Part shown: in pieces, positions 38,837-50,698 of the stretch
Layout: each line of letters starts with the position of its first letter
Position numbering within the stretch: position 1 is the first letter of the stretch
DNA from: Camelus dromedarius
Lineage: Eukaryota
Direction of reading: 5' to 3'
Length of the DNA stretch: 64,000 bases
NCBI RefSeq assembly: GCF_036321535.1
Contig: NC_087447.1
Coordinates: 45,448,001-45,512,000 of the forward strand
Notes under the pieces: model-generated
What the model was told of the DNA's origin: nothing
Databases searched by the model: none
What the model saw: only the letters and a program-made list of their open reading frames with translations
Made by a program: the position numbers and the translations under genes

Positions 38837-41480
38837 CCCTTAAATTAAACTATATATTAAAGCTATTTAAGAGTATGGAAGTTCCTTTGATCAAGAGATT
38901 GTTGAAAAAGCCTATCATTTCCTTCTTTAAGAAGAATTATCTTCCTTTACCCCGTCATGTAGATAGGAAATGTGCCATCTGTGCATTGCTGATTTTTTTC
39001 CCTTAGTTTTATCAAGTCTTACTTCTTACAGAGCTTCCTACACAATAAACCCCGTCCCCCCTACTATTTCCAAGCACATTCCTCCCTGGGATCACTAAAG
39101 TGTATCTAGATAGCCTTTGAATACCCATATATGGCCAAGAGTAAATGAGTAGAGCAAATAAGAGTAGGCAACTACTTGTTTGGTTTCCGATTTCCTTTCC
39201 TTAGAAAGCATGAGCTAAAGCAGGCCAATTTGCTCAGTCAAGGAATGGAGTCCTATTATATATACCCCTCCACTTTGGTGTTCCTTTTCTCTGTTACGTA
39301 TGGAAGAACAAGATGAATCTCAATTTCTGGTGCTGTGAGAAACCCAGTTGCACTGTTTGACAAAGAGAACACTGCTGTCTCCTGGCTGGAGTAGAGAGAT
39401 CAGGTCCCCTGGGAGTTGAGTAAGAAGAGAGTCCTAAGAAATGCTGCCTGCCCCTCTGGCCCTAAACCTTCTTCTTTGCCCTGGAGAGTAAACAATAACT
39501 CTTAGGATTTGCAAAAGGCTAATGAACTTTGGTCAGCAGGGAAAATTATATTAGGAAACATAAATCTTCCACAACTGGGACCAGCAAAGAACAACCTTCT
39601 TCTGCGCTGGTCCCTTCCCCACTGCTGCTTCTGGATACTGAGAAAGTGGATCACTAAAAATGTGTACCAGATTAAGTGGAGTTGAAATGATATATCTTGA
39701 AGTACAAACACAAGTATAGTTAATTCATATGGACTGCATACAAAAATCCAAGTTATGAAAGTAAAGTATATAAATACATTTTTGATAGAGTCTGACTTCG
39801 AAGTTCTAGGAACTACAACTGAAGAATAGTCATAATAAATTGGAGAATCTGATTTGGAACATTGAGAGGTTAAGGGCAGGTACCAGCATGGTATTGGAGA
39901 AGCTGGGTAGACTTGCAGATGTTTTGCTTGAAAGAGAGAGCATCATAAGTAACTTGAATCTTTGTGCTATTATTTCTAAAGATATATATTTCAAAAAGGA
40001 GGACAGCAGTTACAGAGAACGTGTTAGCTCAATGGAAGGAAGTCTTTTTGTGAAAGTTATTCAGTAATTAAGACTGTCATGGAAAGGGATTGACATACAC
40101 GTAGCCAGCTGTCAAGAAGCTACACTAAAGAATTCTGTTTGAAGAGGGCAATTTGGTACAATACTCTCCTAAACATTTACAATTTACAATTTAAGAAATT
40201 AGGGTTGTTTGGGGCTAGTTCTACACTTCACTGAATTCTTACTCAGAATAATATTTGGAAGTGATGACTTGATTAATGGAGAGATGTTTCAGAATGCTTA
40301 GAACAACAGCACTTAAAAATATATAGATCACCTTGATTTAGTTTTAGCTAATTACTTATGCAACTCCTCTGTGCTCTCTCTCTTTCTCTCTCAATATATA
40401 TATACACACATACGTATACATATATTTTTTTTCATTGATGTATACTCCTGTCATCCCTACAGCTGAACTATGTAGTTCATTACTGGTGTTCAGGTACTGA
40501 AAAGTGTCAGGTGTTCCCAGCAACAACCTTTGTATGGCAACGAGAATTTTGTTTCGGGCCTTCTCTTCCTGTCTCTGCTGCCTCCCAAGGCACTTCAGTG
40601 TACCTATGTGTTTGCACCTGAATGTACCTATGTGTTTGTCAGTTATTCTTCATGGAATATCTTACGATTCTCACAGAGGCCCACTCCCTCATATTTTTCT
40701 TGTTTCAGCTTTCAAAGAAGATAGAAAAAAAATAGAACCTTCTACTTCCCTTCAGTAGTAAGTAGTCTTGATTTCTATACAAGGATTACATCTTTCAGCA
40801 CTGCCTCCAGATGGAGATATAGCCTTCCAACTTCATTCCCTTAACTTTACCTGTAACTATTGCAACATCCTTCTCATCACTCTCCCAGTGAAACATCCGA
40901 GCTCTCTCGTCTCCTCCATCATGTACACTTTAAACTTCTTACTTTTTTTAACTAATATTTTCAACCTGTCCTTACTCCCTAATGTGTAGGAAACAGTCTG
41001 TGTGAGGAGCTGTAGGCATTTACCTAATTGAGGAATTTGCATTTAAGTCTTGTTTCCTGAATCAGAATTTCCATGGGAAGAAACAAAATTATGTAGCTGC
41101 CATTGTCTATGTGGATGTCAGAGTCCCAAAGCAACGTCATATTTGAAAATTCTTCTGAGAGAAGAAAAGTTCAAAGTAAAGAGAGGTCATTTAATTAGTG
41201 AAGTCACAACCCTAGAAAGGGAACTTCAACTGATATTTTATCCCAGAAGTCTTCGTATGTTCTGTACAAATGCCCAGCCCTGATAGTCTAAAGTGAATGG
41301 ACAGTAAAGACGAGAGAGAAAGTGGGGAGGAGAGAAAAGTGGAGCTCAAGAACTTTGGTGTTCCTCTGTCTAAAGTGCTGTTCCATTTTTTTTTTCCTTT
41401 TCTGATTTCTATGGACAGATTAGAAGAAGAAAGAGAAGATGGAGTGGGAGAGGAAGGAGAGCACCAGTGAGAAGCCTGAT

Positions 41481-41693
41481 CACACTGGGGTTGAGCCATG
41501 AAGGTGTGAGATAGTGCAGATAGGAGAGCAGCACGCGGCTGGAAGGGCAAGTCCCCCTCCCAAATCTGTGGATCATGGGCCAGTGCAGGGCATACAGAAG
41601 AGCAGCACAGCACAGACCTGGGAGACACAGGTGTTGCGGGCTTTCTAGCTCTCAGCCTTGGAGGCAATGGACAACACTCTGCAGGATGAGCAG
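41481..41693 (-). pseudogene. Degenerate OR51-family fragment (end of TM5 to TM7 only)
   Basis: Manual minus-strand translation across two frameshifts: LLILQS / VLSIASKAES*KARNTCVSQVCAVLLFCMPCTG / MIHRFGRGTCPSSRVLLSYLHYLTPSWLNPSV. This matches the OR51 VLSIAS..KALNTC.SH..AV..F..P, HRFG and PP..NP motifs of the gene at 49724-50698. No TM1-TM4 sequence recognised nearby. Confidence 0.85.
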
Positions 41694-44600
41694 AAACTAT
41701 AAGGCAAGTTATGGTGAAAGAAGAACCATTTATGAAAAAAAAAAAAAGCAAAAAGCAGAGGCAGGCTTATCATATTTGAGAAAAGATTTATTATAGAAAG
41801 AAGAAAATTGGGTTTTTGTGTGGGTACACTTATCTGGATGTGAGGGTGGGTGAGTCCTAATGAATCATCTATATTGTCCTGATAAAAACTATGAATTGTG
41901 GTTACAGAGGGAGAGGTGGGTGATGAGCAGACTTTGTATCCATGAACGTGCTTCTGAAAAGTTTTATTATAGGCTTTTAATCACAATGTTTTTTGAACAA
42001 ATAGGATAGGCAACCCCACAAAATGTATAGACTGAAATTATCATAAATGTACAAAATGTATTGTTATTAAGAAAAGTAAAATATCTAAGATTCAGCACGA
42101 ATATTCCTAGGAGAATATTTAACACACTGGTATAAATAAAATAGCAAATCAATTCCTGAAACATCACAAGAGTAGGAAAGAAGATACTTTATATTCAGAG
42201 GACGTAAGATGGTATGTGACAAGCTGGTGATCAATTCACAAACGGGAAAAGTCTTCGGGGCTACTTGGAAGGCTTTGATTTGGCTCCACTGTCCACACGT
42301 ATCAGAAAGGAGAAGCTGCTACTCTCAGGCTCTTAAGCATAGACTCAGGGTGTAGTTTCAATCCATGTGTCTCATTCTGTTCAGGGAGAGGTACTGAACG
42401 TATAAGGAACCAGTCACATCAGAAATGCAATTTCTACCGTACCAAGAAGAATGGATCCACAAAACATGAAACTGGGTGAGAAGAATCAGGCACACTTGGA
42501 ATGCAGGCAGTTAACTTGCATCAGGAAAGCAAGGGAATAAAAACAGTAGTGGGCACTTGTGAATGGTAAGAACTATTTCTTTCAGCAAATCCAATGATTA
42601 TTGTGGGTTGACCACACTGCAGGACTTGCAGAGAGGTAATGGGATATGTGAAGCCAAATTCTGATCAAGCATAGTTATCCAAAGAACAGCACGTCACCGG
42701 AGTTAGGTGTGAACATTAGTGATGAGAAGAGAGAAGTATGCGTAGGAGGCTCAGTCACGTGGGAAGTGTTTAAGGACTCAGTAGATACAATCAAACACAG
42801 GTTAACAGCATTTCCCTGCCTATTTTTCTCTGCTGTCCACTGCTGAGGGTGAACGGATGGGAGTATTATCTCTCCCATATGAATATTGGACAAGATGTTT
42901 TCAGTCACAAAGGGAGCAACAAAAATGCCAACTTCTTTGTTTCAGCTTTGCTCCCCCAAAATCATAAAAACAAAATTTTAATATTTTTCAAGGTCATCTT
43001 GTCCAACTTCTGCTAAACTGACTCTGCAACATCCCTAAGGAGAATGTGCAACTCTGTCGTAGAAAGCCATTCATTCTACTGTGATAAGTAATTAAGGAAA
43101 TCTACCTTCCTGCATGGAATTTGTGAATATTCTAAGCCCTCACTTGATAACTGATTGTTTAGATTTTACCTGTGCTGAAGGATTCCAGTCTGCATTCTTG
43201 TCTGAAAAAATCAGCCACTTGGATATTTTCTCTATTCCCAAAGACTGCAAGATTCTTGTAGCTCTAATATTCAGTAAACAGCAGCTATACACTTTTAAGA
43301 ATTCATCTACATGAGGAGAAGAAACACACACTACAAAATGTCTGGATTTGCTCACAAAGAAATTCCAAAATGGCAGGAGTTACTGAGGAACGGAAGAGAT
43401 GACACCTCGGGACAAAGGCCAGAGCTTGCGGTGCAGGCCAATTGCACATCTCTCTTTGGATAATGTTCCCTCTAAGTGTCTCATCATTAGAAACCAAACA
43501 GTTATGACATTTTGTTGGACAGTGTCTAATATGTGTAGAAGATAGTGTAAGTTTGACTTCCAAAAGTCTTTTTCTTCCAAAAAAGTACAACTTTCTGAGA
43601 AACTTTGCTGCATTGCCCATATGCTAGGAGGCTCTCGAGCTCTACAAATCTTTAAAGGTTCCAATGCTGCTCCACAGCACTAGCACCACCCAAAAGGAGT
43701 CCTGGAGTTTCTCACATGGCCCTAAGAAACACTGCATTAAACTAAGTCTAACAGTTCTTCAAAGCATAAGTACAGAACTGTTATGCTTTTAAAAAATCTT
43801 ATAGCCTAGATTCAGTACTGTCAGTCCTTTTGATTATTAAAGAGAAGAACACTCCATAACTTCATTCTGATGGGTTCATTGGTAAATATTTGGTGTTGCC
43901 TCTTTCACAATGTAGTGAGAAATTTAAAAATCATATTTCCAGTTTTCTATCTTCTCCTTTGTTTGTTCGCTTGTTCGTTGCTTCCTTCCTCCTCCCTCCC
44001 TTTCTGCCTTCCTGCCTTCATTCTTTTCCAACCATATCTAGACTAGCGTGTGACTTCTCTTGACTCCCATCCCGAGTATACTTACAACATGATATGAGCT
44101 AAACTTACTTAAGATATTTCTGTCACTCACCAGACCCAGGTCAGGGACACAACCTCTGTGGATGGTGGTGCAGCTGGGGATCCATGAGGCTCCCTGGCCT
44201 GAGCTCAGTGGCAAGTGAGCAGGTTTATAAAGCACTGTTCTGGCTCTCCCTGAAGACTTACACCCAATCCCTGTACTATAGGGTCTGAGAGAAGCATCAA
44301 ACGTGCATGTGCCAGATACAGTGGTCCATAGTTCATTTTGGTGGGTCTCTGCCTGCTCTCCAGATGACATAAGCTTAGAACACACACCCAGTTCTGCTTC
44401 AGGCTTGCTTTCTTCTGTTTCCAGACAAAGACCTTTTTAACTCTTAGAGATAGAATGTATCACATAGGTCATAGATATTCTAGACCTAGAAGCATCTGGC
44501 ATGACATTTAGATCTTTGGGACATACAGTCCTTTATATCCTCCAACCCTCCTCCTCCAAATCAAGCAGTGTTTTTCCTTGAATTATAAACATCTTTTCTG

Positions 44601-44957
44601 AGTGAGAGTGGAGTATCTCCAGCACTAATCATAATATTAGATACTATTAATACAGCTCCTCCAAAATAAATTCATTTACACTGAACTGGTCTTTGTTACA
44701 ATAACATAGAGCTTACTTTCCCCTTGTGTTGTCCCATCTGCCCTCCATCCCTCCTCAAAGTGAGTTCTTTATATTTACTGAGGAATGGTTTGGGGTGAGA
44801 AGATAAAATGTTTTATTAACAGCATATGAAATGAGGCTGGATTTTGTTTAGAAGAAGAGGGAAGAGTGCTGTAAGACAGAAATCTTGTGTGGAGATAGAC
44901 AGGAATGTTCCAGAAAAGTGAGGTAGGGACCACACTGGGCATGAAGTAGAAGAACCA

Positions 44958-45530
44958 TCTCAGGGGTCCCACAACCATGAGCTGGTTCAGTGATTCACTA
45001 GAAACACTCGTGCAGCTCAAAATAAAGTTATACTCATGGCTAAGATTTCATACAGCAAAGGACACCATGTAGGAACAGCAGAAAAAAGGTAAGTATAGAG
45101 GAAGGCTGGAGAAGTCACACACAGCCTTCCAAGTATCTCCTCTCTTTCTTCTAGGGTCACTCTAGCTACAAACTTCAGAGACGCATGAGAGATGTTTCTA
45201 TCCAGGGAAGTCTGCTTGGGTCTCTGATTCCAGAGTTCTTAAAGGAAGCTGGTTATGTCAACCGTCATATGACCAGAATATGCAGACCCCAAACCAGGCA
45301 ACACATGTGATATTTGTAATAAGTTCTATGATATCCTATGCATGCTACTAACTTGGTTCATCCTGACCTAATGTTTTGGGCATAAATAATGCTGTTATTA
45401 CTCACTGACTATATGAAGATTGCAGAAGATTAGTTCTCAGAATCTGGTCAAGGACCAGCCATTGATATGGCTACAGAGAAAAGCAAGAGCTGAGTAAAAC
45501 AGATCAGTTGCATTAACTTTTTTCTTATGC
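44958..45530 (-). mobile_element. MER21/MER77-like solo LTR
   Basis: ggggtcccacaacca..ggttcagtgattcactagaa..gttatactcatggctaagattt..acagcaaaggac at one end and cattaactttttct at the other. Confidence 0.65.
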
Positions 45531-45879
45531 GGATCTTCTGTGCATTTTCAGGAGTTTGCCATGACCATACTGATCATGTGTTAGAAATGTTTTCATTCAG
45601 CATGTGTGAAACATGACTAGCTTCCAATATGACATAAAAATCATTCTAATCTTAGGTGACAAACTAGGACTGCAATTATCAATTCAAAACTAAGTGGCAC
45701 TTTATGGGCCCTTAAAAAATAAGAAGAATATTTAAAGAAAAGAGTATTGCAGTAGCAATTGTAAGAGCTTGCTAGAGATAATCACATGGTTAAATGGGAA
45801 AGTTATTCATTTCAGAGCATAGAATATATAGTCAGAGATGAACATGACAAGTTAGAAAATTATCAAAGAATAACAGATG

Positions 45880-46730
45880 TAGTTGTGTGCACAGACTAAT
45901 CTGTAAGTGAAGAGGAGCAATGAAAAAGCTTAAACAAGTGTGCTCCATAATCATGTTTAGATTTGAAAGCTATTTACAGTTCTTCTTGGAGTTGGTTGAG
46001 AATGAAGGCAGAGAAGCCAACCAGCAGAACGGTTCAATAATCTGCTTAATTATTCAGGTCTAAATTGAGGCAGGAACAGTGGAATGTAAAAGTGAGCACT
46101 GACGGCAAAATACTAAGAAAGAAAATCTACAATATTAGTAAGTGATTGGAAATTATGAGTGAGGGAGGGAGAGGACCACCTAGGAGATAATTCATACTTA
46201 TGGCTGGAGTGAAGAAGTGAATGGACATGCCATTCACACCAATGCAGAACTCAAAAGTGGGAGCATGAGGAAGTAGCACTGAGGACGGAGCAGGAGACAG
46301 GAAGTTGTATTTGGGGCTTTTGAGTTTAAGATTTCTGTGTAGCACACACAGGGAGTTATCCAGGAGTGAGGCAGTAACCTGCCTAGAATCCAGGAGAGAG
46401 GGTGAGTTTGGGATTGAGGAGGGAAACATTTGTATTCAGGGGGCTGGCAGAAAATGCAGTAAGTAGAATTATCCAGAGAGATCAGAGAAGAACCAGAATG
46501 CAGAGATACTGGAGAAGCCAACAAAGCACAGATATTTAATAAGAAGTTAGCAGGCAATAGCATGAAGTATCAGCCAGAGGTCCAGTGATGAACAGGCAGG
46601 ATTCCAAATAGGGTATTTGATTTTGGTCATTTAGAGTTCACTGGTGACCTTTGCCCAAGCAATTTCAATGGAGCAGTAGAGACAAAATATGATTGTACGT
46701 GGAGTGGAAGAGAAAACAATTTTTACTTCA
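45880..46730 (-). mobile_element. L2 LINE remnant
   Basis: gaatggacatgccattcac..ttgagtttaag..ctggtgacctttgcccaagcaatttcaatggag. Confidence 0.6.
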
Positions 46731-47269
46731 GTTTAATTACAAGTAAACTATATTCTTTAAGGAGGTACACTTAAATAGTCACAATAAAAAATGAACACTA
46801 TAAAAGTCAATATACTGATTTAATATAGTGACAGTGGTGAGGTTATATTCAGGAAAGCTGCAGAGGAAATTTGGATGTTGACAATTTATTATTTCCTTAC
46901 TAAGGTGATATTTACATGGATTATCATTTTACAAAAATGCACATTTATCACATTTTGTCAGATTGCACGTTTATCACATGAAGTTCTCTGTATGTGTTTT
47001 ATATTCCACCATAAGATATTTTAAAATGATTTGACAAGAAAAAGAGTAGAACAATTTATGCAAATGTTTTTATGTAGATTAATTGTGGGCCAAAGGGAAA
47101 AATTAGATTAAGTGCTTAGAGATGGCCATATGATTAATACAACTTTATCTGATGAAAAGTCCTAGATAAGTTTTTAAACTGTTGTGAAGGGGCTAGTGGA
47201 AAAGGGGTCACTGGAGATAATTTTTTTCTAGTTACAGAAGTGGAGTAAATTCAGCCTTGGTAAGAAAAA

Positions 47270-47719
47270 TGTATTAATTTCCTGTTGCTGCTGATACAAA
47301 TGGCCACAAACTCAGTGTCTAGAAACAACACAGTATTGTTATCTTGCAGTTCTGGAGATTAAATATCCACAATGAACCTTACTGGGCTAAAATCAAGGTA
47401 CCTGTAGGACAAGCTCTTTCTGGAGACTATGGAGAAGAAACTGTTGTCTTTTTCAGATTCTCAGGAGTGTTTGCCTTCCTTGACTCATGGCCTCATTCCT
47501 CAACCTTCAGAACCATCAATGTAGTATCTTCTCTCTCTCAGACATCCTGCCTCCCTCTTATAAGAATCCTATGATTATCTCAAGCCCATTTAGTAAATTC
47601 AGGGTAATCTCATCTCAAGATCCTTAACTTAATCACATCTGCAAAGTTCCTTTTGCCATGTAGGTAACACATTCATTCTGATGTGGAGACATTTCATGGG
47701 CCAAGATTAAGCCTACTGC
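47270..47719 (-). mobile_element. MLT1D-like MaLR solo LTR
   Basis: tgtattaatttcctgttgctgctgatacaaat..gggctaaaatcaagg..catctcaagatccttaacttaatcacatctgcaaag; about 450 bp. Confidence 0.85.
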
Positions 47720-49723
47720 TGGAGGAAACTTTAGAGGCAGGATAAAAATTTGGTTGAAACAGCAGAATATAAGTCAAAAGGAATTTTATGCAGCCATATG
47801 AGAATTAAAGCCAATGGATGAGATGAGAGTCATATATACAGGAAGAGCAGGTATAATGAAATTACTCCAGAAGATCTCACCCAGAGATCAGGGCTGAGTC
47901 ACAGGATGTTAAGCAGATGGGATGAATATGTAGAGTTCTAGGGACCTCTTCTATCCTACGAATGGTGATGTGCAGGGTAGAGAAAGAGGCAGGATTAGCT
48001 GGAGGAACTGAATCTCCAGAACTCCTTCTTGTATTCTGAACAACAGAGGAATGTTTACAACAATGAAAATGAATTTTTCATGTTGCATGTGACAATACAG
48101 GTGAAACTCAAAAACATATTTGTGACAAAAATACTTGGTGGTGACTTTTTGGGAAAGTGTTTAAAATAATGTTATATAGCATATATATTCTTTTTATATA
48201 TGCTTATGCATATACTTGTTATACACACATACACACATATGCATTAAATATAATAAAACAAGGAAGGGAAGAACAAACAAGAAGATTAAATTTGTGTGAT
48301 TACTTTTGTGACTTGACTTTGAGGTCTCTGATTTAGCAAGAAATCTTTTCCTTCATTGTAACTTGTTTTACTTAAGAAATTTGGACTCAGTTGGTGGCAA
48401 AATGTTCAATGGAACCAAGTAGAAAAATATATGCAGGTTGTTGTATCGTTTTATACATCTTTTGTATGCTTGAACTATTATGTAATAATATATAAACAAA
48501 AGAGAAAAAAGTATGGGGAGGCAGGCAAACATGAACACCTCTGATAATATTGAAATAAATGAATTCAAAAGTAGAGAAAGTTTGATCTTCTTTGAATAAA
48601 GGAGTTTAACAATACGTCTTTGATATGGGAAGGAAGAATTTGAGGGCACAGCTAGATAATAGATTCATTTACGTACGTCCTAGTGAAGAGTTGTGAACGT
48701 TTGAAATTGCTACTGTAGATTATGTAAAATGTCGTCAAGGGTTTAAAAAATATGTATTTAGGCACTGAAGGAAAAATTAAAGATAATTCATTTATACTTA
48801 CTACAATATAAATATTAACATTTTTTAGTCTTAATTAGAATTCAAACACATGAGTGTAAGAGTAGGAAATATAAACATATTTAAATTGATTCCAAAGTTA
48901 TGTTTAGAGTTGAAAAATATAAAACACAAGAAAGAATAAACATTGATGGCCTTTTTCTGGAGTATGTGTGATCTATAGCAAATATCAAAGACAATGAAAT
49001 AACAATGGTTATCATAGACTTATAGAAGGTGAGGGTTTTGAAGGAGTGGGACTAGAGATCTCAAGGCCAAAGTCCAGATGCTGTGAAGTCAGTGAGAGCA
49101 TACTTGAAAGACTGAATTTAAACATTATACATTTTTTATAAATGATGGTGGTTTTTAGAATCTGGTACTAGAAACTTTGATATATCAAAGTGTTGACATT
49201 GTAAATTTCATGGTTTTATAGTTCTTTTCAACAGCAATATTAGATGATTGTTTGTTTCTTTCATGTCATCTTCTACTTCAACATTAAGAAAACAAACCAC
49301 TGTGAAAGCAAGAACTTTGTTTAATTCACAGTGTATCTCCAGCTCTTCAAAAAGTTAAGGATAAAGTAGATTCAGTAAATAGCTATCACCCTGTCAAGGG
49401 TGATACATACATAGATGGTAACAACGAGCACTTTGCTTTGCCCAGAATGAACTCTAAGACTACAAACTTCTCTGACTGAAATATATGAACCACTGGGCTA
49501 AGAAATAATGAGAAGAGTTACCTATTTCAAAGTTTATTTTACTGATAATATTGTTCAGTATATCTTCATTCAAATCATAGAGCAGAAATAGTTTTTGAGG
49601 TTATCCAACCTAATAGTCCATATAATTCAGAAGAATCAGTGGTCAAATAGAGTCTTTGCAGGCATTTGGAATATCAGCAAGCTCTTTGTTGCATGAGGCA
49701 GTCTTTCTCTGTTAGGATACTGC

Positions 49724-50698
49724 TCATTCATGTAATAAATGTGACTTGAGATTCTCCTGGTCCTTTTTGATGACAAGTTTCAGAATTTTATCTCGTATCT
49801 GCTTGGTTTTCACCACGTACACAATGGGATTCATCACAGGAGGAATGAGAAAATGCATGTTGGCCATGGTCACGTAGACGTGGGCAGGAAGTTTTGGGCC
49901 AAAGCGGTGCAGAATAGAGAGGCATATCATGGGTGTGAAGAAGAGGATCACAGCAGAGAGGTGGGAAATACAGGTGTTGAGAGCTTTGAGGCGGCCACCG
50001 TGGGACGCGATGCTCAGTACAGTTTTCAGTATCAGAACGTATGAGAAGAGAATGAGAAGAAAATCAAGTCCCATGGTGGACAGTACCACAAACAGTCCAA
50101 CAGTGCTATTGATCTTAGTGCTGGAGCATGAGAGCTTTAAGATATCAGGATGCAGGCAGTAGGAATGTGAAAGTACGTTGGAGTGACAGAAGCACAACCT
50201 CCTTAAGAGGATCGGGAGGGGCACCTGCACAGTCAAGGTTCGCACAAAAATTGCCAAACCAATCCTGGCAATTACACTGTTGGTGAGGATGGAGGAATAG
50301 TGCAGTGGACGAGAAATGGCCACATAGCGGTCAAAGGCCATTGCCAGTAGGATAGCAGACTCCAAATCTTGGAAAGTGTGAATGAAAAACATTTGGGTGG
50401 AGCAAACAGGGAACGTGAGCTCTCGAGCATCCAGCCAGAATATCCTCAGCATTGTGGGGAAAGTGAAGAGGGACAAACCCAGGTCAGAGACAGCTAGCAT
50501 GGCCAGGAAGAGGTACATAGGCACATGGAGGGCGTGCTCCTTCCATATAAGTGTCATGATGGTCACATTGCCCACCACGGTCATCAAGAACATGGCACAG
50601 AAAGGTATGGAGATCCAGACGTGCACAGCTTCTAACCCAGGGATGCCTGTCAGCAGGAAGGTGGAGAATATGGAGTTGGTGCTATTGGTAGGAAACAT
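49724..50698 (-). CDS. Olfactory receptor family 51, intact (324 aa from ATG 50698; ORF open from 50737)
   Basis: 7TM ORF with NST sequon, FLLTGIPGLE, LHVPMY, MAFDRYVAI, SHSYCLHPD, KALNTC, HRFG and PPVMNPIVY. The second Met gives a typical OR N-terminal length. Subfamily not assigned. Confidence 0.9.
   Translation of the reverse strand: MFPTNSTNSIFSTFLLTGIPGLEAVHVWISIPFCAMFLMTVVGNVTIMTLIWKEHALHVPMYLFLAMLAVSDLGLSLFTFPTMLRIFWLDARELTFPVCSTQMFFIHTFQDLESAILLAMAFDRYVAISRPLHYSSILTNSVIARIGLAIFVRTLTVQVPLPILLRRLCFCHSNVLSHSYCLHPDILKLSCSSTKINSTVGLFVVLSTMGLDFLLILFSYVLILKTVLSIASHGGRLKALNTCISHLSAVILFFTPMICLSILHRFGPKLPAHVYVTMANMHFLIPPVMNPIVYVVKTKQIRDKILKLVIKKDQENLKSHLLHE

Noticed and set aside
40804..40817. 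CCTCCAGATGGAGA as a CTCF site (similar weak matches near 20433 and 24300)
   Set aside because: Too many mismatches to the core to support from sequence alone.
41212..41796. 179-aa minus-strand and 73-aa plus-strand ORFs as novel genes
   Set aside because: Explained by the OR51 relic plus low-complexity purine-rich sequence.
46921..46977. Three TTATCA (GATA) motifs within 60 bp
   Set aside because: Inside an old L1-like 3' end, with two arising from a small local duplication; no other enhancer evidence.
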